This document shows positions 55,996 to 64,000 of a stretch of 64,000 nt of DNA, piece by piece. The first letter of the stretch is position 1, and each line of letters begins with the position of its first letter. The DNA is taken from positions 62,001 to 126,000 of the forward strand of contig NZ_MWQY01000008.1 in NCBI RefSeq assembly GCF_002087085.1, given 5' to 3'. Position numbers and translations under genes: made by a program. Under the pieces are notes generated by a model, which was not told where the DNA came from, did not search any database, and worked only from the letters and a program-made list of their open reading frames with translations.

Positions 55996-57426
55996 TCAGG
56001 GAGATGGCGCATAGGGAAGAATTCCCTTCAGGTCGTTATCGGTAAAGCGCAGTCCAAGTCCCAGGAAATAGTCCCGGTCGGAGGTCAGGGCGTTGTCCAC
56101 TCCCCCGGCCAGGTAGAGCCAGTTCAGAGGGTTGTTACTCCGGGGATCGTAAATCGGGTAGAAAGTCCCGTAGCCCCTCAGGTAAGGACCGCCGTCCTGG
56201 CTGAAACTGAACACCTCGGAGGCAAGGTTCAGCTTTTCAATGGGAGAAAATTCAAGTCCCAGACCGACGCTGTTCTCGATAACGCCTCCGCGCAACGTGA
56301 GGGGACCGTATTCCCGGGCGAGCTGTGCGGAAATTTTCAGATCATCATCGTCATCGTCATCTGAGCCGGAATCGCTCATCCCGGCCATGGAACTGACCAG
56401 TCCCACGCTGTAGTATTTGCCCTTGTCCGCATATGCAAGCCGAACATCCGCATGGTTTTTCGTGCCCTGATCGATGGTCATGTACTCGGACCTGAATCCC
56501 ACCTGAACATCCATGCCCAGGGCCGAATCAATGAATTCATCCACCCCGGTAACCACTTTGTCTATCTTGACATAAAGGTCGTCTTCGTTGACCAGTTTTC
56601 CCAGATTGCCTTCGCCCCGTTCTATTTTTGAGGTTACGTTCTTTATATTCTCCAGACTCTCATTCAGATTCTCGATACTCGCCTGCAGAGATACCATGGT
56701 ATCTGCGATTCGTCCATCCTGCTGAGCAAGCAGACGGTCTACCCTTTCGGTAATTCCCGCGGTATGCCGCAGAATCGACGAAAGGTCCTGAAGGTCCGAG
56801 ACGCTGTTGCCTTCCAGTCTTTCAGTGACTACTGCGATATTCTCCAGGGACTCCTGCAGCAATGCCAGGTTGACCTCCACCATACGGCTGGTATTGGCCA
56901 CGGTATCCCGGGAAATGGTCAAAATATCCCCTATCGCCTCATACCCCCCCTTCTCGTCCATAAGGGAGTTGAGTTTCTCCATAAAGGACCTCATCTCTTT
57001 GGCCAGTTCATCTATCGAACCAAAGGCCTGTTCCATCCCGGAGCTGCTGACAACGTTCTGAATAACACCCCCGTGCGGTATGGGAACCGACTGGGGGGTA
57101 CCCGGATCCAGAGCCACTATGGCGTTTCCCAGCATGGACTGGGTCTGCTTGCGTATAACAGCGTCGCGGTACACCGGAACGATCGAGGAAAGCTCCATCA
57201 TCAGGCGGGCCTGCCCCTGTTCAAGATCGATTTCCCGTATCCGGCCCACATCGACACCCGCAACCCAGACCTGGGTGCCCGGCCGAAGCCCGGAGGCGTC
57301 TTTGATATAGGCCTGTACCTGATAGGTTGAAGGGGCATCAAGACTGTCGGCGGTCTGCACCACGTAGTAGATACTCCCCGCACCTGTAATCAGAACAAAA
57401 AGCCCGATTTTTACCAACCTATTCAT
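55996..57426 (-). CDS. mlaD: MlaD/MCE family protein with coiled-coil and C-terminal beta-rich domain
   Basis: DASGLRPGTQVWVAGVDVG; GEGNLGKLVN. Confidence 0.85.
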   Translation of the reverse strand: MNRLVKIGLFVLITGAGSIYYVVQTADSLDAPSTYQVQAYIKDASGLRPGTQVWVAGVDVGRIREIDLEQGQARLMMELSSIVPVYRDAVIRKQTQSMLGNAIVALDPGTPQSVPIPHGGVIQNVVSSSGMEQAFGSIDELAKEMRSFMEKLNSLMDEKGGYEAIGDILTISRDTVANTSRMVEVNLALLQESLENIAVVTERLEGNSVSDLQDLSSILRHTAGITERVDRLLAQQDGRIADTMVSLQASIENLNESLENIKNVTSKIERGEGNLGKLVNEDDLYVKIDKVVTGVDEFIDSALGMDVQVGFRSEYMTIDQGTKNHADVRLAYADKGKYYSVGLVSSMAGMSDSGSDDDDDDDLKISAQLAREYGPLTLRGGVIENSVGLGLEFSPIEKLNLASEVFSFSQDGGPYLRGYGTFYPIYDPRSNNPLNWLYLAGGVDNALTSDRDYFLGLGLRFTDNDLKGILPYAPSP

Positions 57427-58207
57427 TCTCTTCTCCCTTTGCAGCCTCCGAGTCCTCAGAGCCAAAGGAAAACTCGAAAAATCGCTGTAAGACCGGGTGG
57501 TCCACACAACGCATGGATTCCGGTTCCCCCTGGGCCAGTACCCTGCCTTCGTGTAAGAACGCGATCTTGTCGGCCATACCGAAACTCCCTGCAATATCGT
57601 GGGTAATTACTATGCACGTCATGCCAAGCTCGCGATTAACCCGCTCGATCAGTTTATGTACATTATCACTGAGTATCGGATCAAGACCGGTGGTCGGCTC
57701 GTCAAAGAGCATGATCTCCGGCTCCGAAGCCAGGGAACGCGCCAGGCCGACCCGCTTTCGCATACCTCCGGAAAGCTCACCGGGCATCTTTGATTCTATC
57801 CCCGGAAGCTGGACCCATTCAAGAAGCTCGCTGACACGCCTTCTTATCTTCAGCTTGTCCCTGATATTGAGTACCTCCACCAGGGGGAAAGCGATATTCT
57901 CGCCCACATTCATGGAATCGAAAAGGGCCGCATCCTGAAACAGGTATCCCAGACGACGACGGATTTTCCTCTTTTCGTCCGGGGACATGCCCACCACATC
58001 CTGACCGTCGATGAGGATTTCACCCTCATCCGGATCAAGAATCCCGATCAGGTTCTTCATCAGAACGCTTTTGCCGGTGCCGCTCTGTCCGAATATGGCG
58101 GTTATTCTTTTCCTGGGAAAGGTAACATCCACCCCGTCGAGAACGACCTGCCCCTTGAAGGCTTTTTTGAGACCCCGTACCTCCAGGATCGTATCTTCGT
58201 TTTTCAT
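57419..58207 (-). CDS. mlaF: MlaF-type ABC ATPase
   Basis: GQSGTGKS, LFQDAALFDS, LSGGMRKRVGLAR, DEPTTGLDP. Confidence 0.9.
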   Translation of the reverse strand: MKNEDTILEVRGLKKAFKGQVVLDGVDVTFPRKRITAIFGQSGTGKSVLMKNLIGILDPDEGEILIDGQDVVGMSPDEKRKIRRRLGYLFQDAALFDSMNVGENIAFPLVEVLNIRDKLKIRRRVSELLEWVQLPGIESKMPGELSGGMRKRVGLARSLASEPEIMLFDEPTTGLDPILSDNVHKLIERVNRELGMTCIVITHDIAGSFGMADKIAFLHEGRVLAQGEPESMRCVDHPVLQRFFEFSFGSEDSEAAKGEENE

Positions 58208-58980
58208 GGAAGCACCTGCAGCAGAATGGTTGCCATAAGGTAGTCGGCAAGCAGTATGCTCACCGAAGATACCACCACCGACCTGGTCGCGGTATCTCCC
58301 ACCGCTTTTGCCCCTCCGCTTACGTGGTAACCGAAAAAGCAGGAGATGATACTGACCATAAATCCCATGACCGTGGCCTTGATAAGTCCTGCAAGAATAT
58401 CCTGGGGGTCCACCAGTTCAAAGAGGTAGTGCTGAAAGGCGGCGCTGTCGACGCCCCGGAAAAATACGGAGACGATATAACTGCCCGCGACACCTACAAC
58501 ATTCGCCATGGCTGTCAGTATGGGAAAAGCCACCGTACAGGCCCACACCCGGGGGACGACCAGGTATTGTATCGGACTGACGGACATGGTTTCCATGGCA
58601 TCGATCTGTTCGCTTATGCGCATTGTCCCCAGTTCCGCGGTAATGGCGGAGCCGTTTTTGCCGATCAGCATCAGGGTCGTCATAATGGGAGCCAGTTCCC
58701 GGGCAAGGGTTATGCCGACTCCCGCACCGGCAAAGGCATCGGAGTTGTAGAATGCGAGTACGTTGATCATCTGAAGGGACATGATCATCCCCGTTGCCAT
58801 ACCGGAAAGCAGAATTATGGGTATTGAACCGACACCGATATGATCCAGATGATGTACAAACAGTCCGGGCCTCAAGGGCCGGCGAAAACTCCAGCGCAGC
58901 ACGTCAATCACGAACAGAGTGAAACGTCCGAGTTCTTCGAGAAGTTGTACTGTTTTTAACTCAGAAAACATTTTCTTCAT
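58204..58980 (-). CDS. mlaE: MlaE-type ABC permease
   Basis: RELAP, AELGTMRISEQIDAM, LVVPR. Confidence 0.92.
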   Translation of the reverse strand: MKKMFSELKTVQLLEELGRFTLFVIDVLRWSFRRPLRPGLFVHHLDHIGVGSIPIILLSGMATGMIMSLQMINVLAFYNSDAFAGAGVGITLARELAPIMTTLMLIGKNGSAITAELGTMRISEQIDAMETMSVSPIQYLVVPRVWACTVAFPILTAMANVVGVAGSYIVSVFFRGVDSAAFQHYLFELVDPQDILAGLIKATVMGFMVSIISCFFGYHVSGGAKAVGDTATRSVVVSSVSILLADYLMATILLQVLP

Positions 58981-59156
58981 GGTGCGCACCAACAGCTATC
59001 CATCTTTTAACACGTTGCAATGAGAAAATCTATAATCCACGTATAAACTATAGATAAACAGACAGTTTTTGTGCAGCTCCAAAAACTGCTCTTTTTTCTT
59101 TGCAGAAGGACGGAGGATGTGCAATACTCTATCTGTACGTACAGAACGGGAGGCTT

Positions 59157-60008
59157 ATGTCAGCACGCCGGCACAGTATTGCGGATAATTTTGACCGCAA
59201 CACACGCAGACCCGGCTTTTCGGGAAAAAGAGCGGGACGCCTCAGCGAGCATCGCGCAGTATGGGCACCGGGGGTAAAAAACAGGACCCAGGCGGCCCTC
59301 TACATCAATAAGCGCATAGAGGAACACGCCCTGGCCCTTGACGCCGGAAAGGTCCTGGATCTGGGCTGCGGAACAGGCGCGACACTGATCGACCTGGCAA
59401 AGGCCCGGGATGCCCGCTACTCGGGTCTTACCCTCAGCAGGACCCGAAAACAGGCGGCGGACGAGCATATACTCAGGCAGGGACTCCAGGAAAAAATCCG
59501 TATATTCGAGGGCGACTTCCGGGATCCCAAGGTTTTTCGTCTTTTTCCTGACCATGACCTCATGTACGCAGTTGAGAGCACCTCCGGTCTCCCGGAAGAG
59601 GCGGACATCGCCCCGCTGGTCGCGGAAAGCCTTGTTCCCGGCAGAAGAATGATTCTCTGCGACTACATGCTGAAGGACGGGGAAAAGAGCCTCCCTCCAA
59701 AGGACAGGAGCCTCCTGAGGACGCTCAGGGAATACGGATACGCACCGGGGATCCGTTCCGCCCGGGACTGGATCGGCAGCTTTGAGGACGCGGGCCTCGA
59801 AACAATCGCTGCAGAGGATTTTACCGGATGGCTCAGGGTGTCACCCTTCTTATCCGTTACAGCCGGGGCGGTCTCACTGTTTGCCGGAAAAATCCGACTG
59901 TTCAGGGCGGAAACGCTGGCAGGTAAAACCGCTCTCTCTTCCATGCTCAGGCGCGGAAGCATGCAGTACCGTTTTCTCGTTTTCCAGAAAAGCAGAGAAT
60001 CCGCCTAG
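59157..60008 (+). CDS. Class I SAM-dependent methyltransferase
   Basis: VLDLGCGTG, GLTLS, EGDF. Confidence 0.8.
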   Translation: MSARRHSIADNFDRNTRRPGFSGKRAGRLSEHRAVWAPGVKNRTQAALYINKRIEEHALALDAGKVLDLGCGTGATLIDLAKARDARYSGLTLSRTRKQAADEHILRQGLQEKIRIFEGDFRDPKVFRLFPDHDLMYAVESTSGLPEEADIAPLVAESLVPGRRMILCDYMLKDGEKSLPPKDRSLLRTLREYGYAPGIRSARDWIGSFEDAGLETIAAEDFTGWLRVSPFLSVTAGAVSLFAGKIRLFRAETLAGKTALSSMLRRGSMQYRFLVFQKSRESA

Positions 60009-60721
60009 TCCGGCAGGGTCTGAAAAGTAGGCTCCTTCATGATATTCTCCCGGCTCTTCATCAGGTGGGAGTCTATTACATCCAGGGCCTCGGAAGAGTG
60101 GGCTTTCAGGTACTCCACAAGCCTGCGGTGTTCCTCGTAGGTCGCCGAAGCGCCGTGACAGACTCCGCAACCGTAACTGAAGCTCATGCTCAGATGGATA
60201 TTTACTATGGTATAGAACTGACGCACATAGTCATTGCGGGAAAGATTGCATAACTCCCTGTGAAACTCCCGGTCAAGATCAATGTACTCCTGAAGATGGT
60301 CCGCAGCTCCCCCGCTGATATCCTCGGCGGCAATGGATTCCATACGGGCGAGTAAGGAATCCAGAAGGCTGAGTTCGTTCAAACGGACATGGCGGTGAAC
60401 CAGCTCCACCGCAAAATGCTCAATCATGCGCCGGGCATCTATGGCATCAAGAACATCCTGCTTGGTGGGAGTCCTGATAAGGCAGGTACTCCGGGGATTT
60501 ACAACCACGACCCGGTCCTGTTCAAGACGCTTGATGGCATCCCGGATCGGCATGCTGCTGACCTGCAGACGCGACGCGATCTCCTTGATATTCAGACGGT
60601 CACCGAATTTCAGTTCTCCGGTGATAATTTTATTCGTTAAATACGCATATACCTGATCACTCAGGCTTGTACCGTTGGCAATGGAAAACCTGGGAGGATC
60701 TACAACCTGTTGCTCGCTCAT
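60005..60721 (-). CDS. GntR family regulator (FCD)
   Basis: GELKFGDRL..VSSMPIRDAIKRL; DREFH, EEH. Confidence 0.9.
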   Translation of the reverse strand: MSEQQVVDPPRFSIANGTSLSDQVYAYLTNKIITGELKFGDRLNIKEIASRLQVSSMPIRDAIKRLEQDRVVVVNPRSTCLIRTPTKQDVLDAIDARRMIEHFAVELVHRHVRLNELSLLDSLLARMESIAAEDISGGAADHLQEYIDLDREFHRELCNLSRNDYVRQFYTIVNIHLSMSFSYGCGVCHGASATYEEHRRLVEYLKAHSSEALDVIDSHLMKSRENIMKEPTFQTLPD

Positions 60722-60941
60722 ATATTTCTCTCCTCAAGCATATCAGAAAAAGGGTGTCTTTACAAGCAAGCAGCCTGATATCTGATATATTTGATTAAAA
60801 ACGCTTAAAGCCTTTGCTGTTATATCACCGTAATTTTTATGCGTATCTACCCATAATATCATCTGAAAACAGGAATAGTTACAGTTTAACCCCGGATTTC
60901 TTATTGACAGCTCCTGATATGGGGTGTAAGGTTAACATATC

Positions 60942-60957
60942 ATCTGATATATCAGAT
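60942..60957. promoter_or_regulatory. Putative GntR operator upstream of the TRAP operon
   Basis: Perfect palindrome ATCTGATA|TATCAGAT downstream of TTGACA-17-TAAGGT (60904-60932). Confidence 0.75.
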
Positions 60958-60968
60958 AGGAGGATATT

Positions 60969-61988
60969 ATGAAACACACTGCAAGAACAGTCGTATGTCT
61001 GCTGGCAGTACTGCTGCTGGTTTCGGCACTGCCTCTCTTTGCCGGAGGGGAAGGAGAAGAGGGAGGACAGAAGAAATATGTCCTGCGCTTCAACCATGTA
61101 CTCACCGAAAAAGACCCCTACCACCAGGCCTACCTGGAGTGGGCGGACGCCGTAGCCAAAAGAACCGACGGAAATCTGACCATCGAAGTATTCCACAGCT
61201 CCCAGCTGGGTGTGGAAGAGGACATCATCGAACAGATCCGTCAGGGAGCGAACGTGGGTCAGAACACCGACTCGGCACGCCTGGGTAACTACGTTCCCGA
61301 TATCGCCGTCATGAATGGCCCCTACTTTGCCGATACCCTGGAAGAGGTACAGACCCTCAACACCCTGGCCACCGTTGACGGATGGAAGAAGCAGCTGGAG
61401 GAGCAGTACGGAATCAAGGTTCTTTCCTTTTCATGGGTTCAGGGCTTCCGGAACATGCTCACCAACAAGCCGATCTATTCTCCCGCGGACATGAAGGGAC
61501 TTCTGATCCGTTCCCCCAATGCTCCCATCTGGATGGAGTCCATCCGCTCCCTGGGTGCAACTCCTGTTGCCCTTAACTACGGAGAGGTATACAGTGGTGT
61601 TCAGACCAAGGTAGTTGACGGTGCCGGCAACGTGTACCCCGCGACCTACAGCACCCGGATGTACGAGGTACTGGACTACCTGAGCGAAACCCAGCACATC
61701 ATGCTTATCAACTTCGCCATCTGCAGCGCCGACTGGTTCAACAATCTTCCCGCAGAGTACCAGACCATTCTGGAGGAAGAGTGCGAAAACGCCGGGCTCC
61801 GGGTTTCCAGACGCATCATGGGAGAACTTGCCGACGATGCCAAGGTTAAACTTCAGGAAGAGGGCATGACCATCATTCCCCATTCCGAGATCGACATCGC
61901 AGCCTTCAAGAAGAACTCCATCGCGGCCTACGAAGCCCTTGGCCTGCTGGATGTACGGAACCAGATCTTCAAGGAAATGGGAAAGTAA
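60969..61988 (+). CDS. dctP: TRAP transporter substrate-binding protein
   Basis: FHSSQLG, GFRNM, GLLIR, LGATP, EVYSGVQTKVVDG. Confidence 0.92.
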   Translation: MKHTARTVVCLLAVLLLVSALPLFAGGEGEEGGQKKYVLRFNHVLTEKDPYHQAYLEWADAVAKRTDGNLTIEVFHSSQLGVEEDIIEQIRQGANVGQNTDSARLGNYVPDIAVMNGPYFADTLEEVQTLNTLATVDGWKKQLEEQYGIKVLSFSWVQGFRNMLTNKPIYSPADMKGLLIRSPNAPIWMESIRSLGATPVALNYGEVYSGVQTKVVDGAGNVYPATYSTRMYEVLDYLSETQHIMLINFAICSADWFNNLPAEYQTILEEECENAGLRVSRRIMGELADDAKVKLQEEGMTIIPHSEIDIAAFKKNSIAAYEALGLLDVRNQIFKEMGK

Positions 61989-62011
61989 ACGTATCGTAAG
62001 GAGGTCCTACA

Positions 62012-62521
62012 ATGAGGCAGTCTTCATCCGACAACAACATGAATCGCTTAAAGTATCTATCCAAAAAGATCGAGGACGGAGAATCTGTGGTGGCGGGCGT
62101 CTGCCTCATTGCTTCGACCTCCCTTATCTTTCTGGCGGCGGTTGTACGGTCGTTCTCGCGGCCCATCAACTGGTCGCTGGATATATCCCTTTTTCTGTTT
62201 TCCTGGGCCGTATTTTTCAGTGCCGACGTGGCTTACCGGGACAACAAGCTGGTCAACCTTGATTTCTTTCAGGCCAGACTCTCTGACAACATGCGGCGCA
62301 TCCTGTCGCTGGTCATCCATCTGATCATCCTTGTATTCCTGCTGGCCCTGGTCTACTACGGAATCATCCTGGCCTATAAAACCCGGGAACGGGCGTTTCA
62401 GGGAATTCCCAACTTCAGCTACTCCTATATAACCATGAGTCTTCCCGTGGGGGCATTGCTTCTGCTTCGTTCCACGGTGGAGAAGATTATTACACTCTTT
62501 CGTAAAGACGGGGGTCAGTGA
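62012..62521 (+). CDS. dctQ: TRAP small permease
   Basis: 4 TMs between dctP and dctM; INWSLDI. Confidence 0.88.
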   Translation: MRQSSSDNNMNRLKYLSKKIEDGESVVAGVCLIASTSLIFLAAVVRSFSRPINWSLDISLFLFSWAVFFSADVAYRDNKLVNLDFFQARLSDNMRRILSLVIHLIILVFLLALVYYGIILAYKTRERAFQGIPNFSYSYITMSLPVGALLLLRSTVEKIITLFRKDGGQ

Positions 62522-63804
62522 TGCTTGTAGTAGCCGTCGTATTTCTGTTTTTCCTGGCCATCGGCATGCCCGTGGCCTTTGCCATCGGCATTTCCGGGGT
62601 CATGTTCTTTCTGCAGCACCCGGAACTCCCCTTTACCATGATTGCCCAGCTCCCGGTATCCCAGACCCAGACCGTGCCCATGCTGGCAATCCCGCTTTTC
62701 ATATTTGCCGGGAACCTGATGAATGCCACCGGAATCACCTCCAGGCTCGTGAAACTCTCCACCCTGCTTACCGGACATATGAAGGGCGGCCTGGCCCAGG
62801 TGAGTGTCGTTTTGAGTACCCTGATGGGGGGAGTCTCCGGATCGGCCACTGCCGACGCGGCCATGGAAGCCCGTATACTCGGTCCAGGCATGCTCAAGCG
62901 GGGATACTCCAAGGGCTATACCGCCAGTGTAATCGGCTTTACATCTCTTATAACCGCGACCATTCCCCCGGGAATCGGCATAATCATATACGGTACCGTA
63001 GGAGAGGTATCCATCGGCCGCCTCTTTGCTGCGGGACTCATGGTGGGATTCCTGATGATGGTCGTAATGATGGGAACAGTCGCGGTAACAGCAAGAATCC
63101 GTAAATGGAAGCCCGAGAGGGAAAAAAAGGCAAGCATCAGGGAGATATTCGAGTCCCTGGCCGATACGATCTGGGCCCTCGTATTCCCTATCCTGCTCCT
63201 CGTGGGTATCCGCTTCGGACTTTTTACACCTTCGGAGGTCGGCGCCTTCGCCTGCGTATACGCGGTTCTGGTGGGAGTTTTCGTCTACAAGGAATTTACC
63301 TGGGAACGCCTCAAGGAGACCATGCATCACACCATTCGCGACATCGGTGCCATAATGTTTATCATCTCCCTGTCGGGGATCTTCGGCTACGGCATCCCCA
63401 TAGACCGGGTTCCGCAGATGCTGACCAGGTTCATCTCCGGCGTATCCCTGAACCCCTCGGTGGTACTCCTCATGATAATCGGTTTCCTGATTATCGTCGG
63501 AATGATAATGGAAGGCTCCGTGGCCATTCTGCTTTTGACGCCCATTCTTCTGCCCATGGTGGAGGAACTCGGTGTCGATCCGGTTCACTTCGGACTGATC
63601 ATGTGCTCGGTTATAACCATGGGACTTCTTACCCCGCCCATCGGTATATCCATGTACACGGTCTGCTCCATTCTGGAGTGCCCCACAAAGGAGTATCTGC
63701 GGGAGTTCATGGTCTTCCTGGTGGCCTTCGTAATCTACATTGTGATTCTCGTCTTTTTACCTGATGTGGTACTTTTTGTACCAAGGATACTGTATGGCAG
63801 CTGA
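62521..63804 (+). CDS. dctM: TRAP large permease
   Basis: LAIPLFI, GVSGSATADA, IPPGI, FTPSE, GVDPVHFG, TPPIG. Confidence 0.93.
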   Translation: MLVVAVVFLFFLAIGMPVAFAIGISGVMFFLQHPELPFTMIAQLPVSQTQTVPMLAIPLFIFAGNLMNATGITSRLVKLSTLLTGHMKGGLAQVSVVLSTLMGGVSGSATADAAMEARILGPGMLKRGYSKGYTASVIGFTSLITATIPPGIGIIIYGTVGEVSIGRLFAAGLMVGFLMMVVMMGTVAVTARIRKWKPEREKKASIREIFESLADTIWALVFPILLLVGIRFGLFTPSEVGAFACVYAVLVGVFVYKEFTWERLKETMHHTIRDIGAIMFIISLSGIFGYGIPIDRVPQMLTRFISGVSLNPSVVLLMIIGFLIIVGMIMEGSVAILLLTPILLPMVEELGVDPVHFGLIMCSVITMGLLTPPIGISMYTVCSILECPTKEYLREFMVFLVAFVIYIVILVFLPDVVLFVPRILYGS

Positions 63805-64000
63805 TACAATTGCCGAAGCAAAATTGCTGGCAGAAAAGATTACAATCGTTACCGGCGCGGCCCGCGGAATCGGGGCCGCCATTGCCAGACGCTTTGCCGC
63901 CGCCGGATCGCTGGTTATTGCAGTCGACCTGGAAGAGCCCTCTGAGCTTGTCTTTTCCATCGAAGCGGAAGGGGGACAGGCGGTTCCCGTGGCCCTGGAT
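63794..64000 (+). CDS. SDR oxidoreductase (partial, runs off the window)
   Basis: Own translation: MAADTIAEAKLLAEKITIVTGAARGIGAAIARRF (TGxxxGIG). Confidence 0.85.
   Translation, partial: MAADTIAEAKLLAEKITIVTGAARGIGAAIARRFAAAGSLVIAVDLEEPSELVFSIEAEGGQAVPVALD

Noticed and set aside
56341..56362. TCATCATCGTCATCGTCATC short repeat
   Set aside because: Encodes a poly-Asp loop in MlaD; not a contingency locus
1..64000. CRISPR arrays, tRNA/rRNA, IS elements
   Set aside because: All intergenic gaps are at most about 250 bp and show no repeat-spacer, cloverleaf or transposase signatures

Overview
GC-rich bacterial chromosomal segment, gene-dense, about 62 CDS. It is most likely from a free-living Spirochaetaceae member, inferred from 'xAGGQKD'/'FAGGEG'-type solute-binding protein N-termini and an HATPase-HDOD protein. 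No rRNA, tRNA, CRISPR array, IS element or prophage is evident. Content in order: envelope genes (transglutaminase-like, PQQ-repeat lipoprotein, two small beta-barrels, barrel-fused SppA); a two-gene RsbT-kinase/sensory [FeFe]-hydrogenase-like unit; ornithine carbamoyltransferase; a ~16 kb L-fucose-type catabolic region (oxidative and FucI/kinase branches, ABC transporter, three regulators); crtZ and ilvY; signalling genes (HDOD, MCP, EAL, HD-GYP); argA; an orphan MthZI-like m4C methyltransferase; an HTH_17-EIIA / EIIA-PII-like / CPA2 antiporter operon; a U32 protein; a multicopper oxidase; a Zn-type ABC importer led by a Cys/His-rich ribbon-helix-helix gene; mlaEFD; and a GntR-TRAP-SDR locus. 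Best candidates for undescribed biology: (1) the EIIA/PII-like/antiporter module with phased 10-bp repeats over its promoter; (2) the RHH metal-sensor with GTAATRC boxes; (3) a stand-alone 14-codon ORF with its own promoter, SD and terminator; (4) pervasive apparently leaderless promoters. Family assignments come from motif recognition by eye, not database searches.
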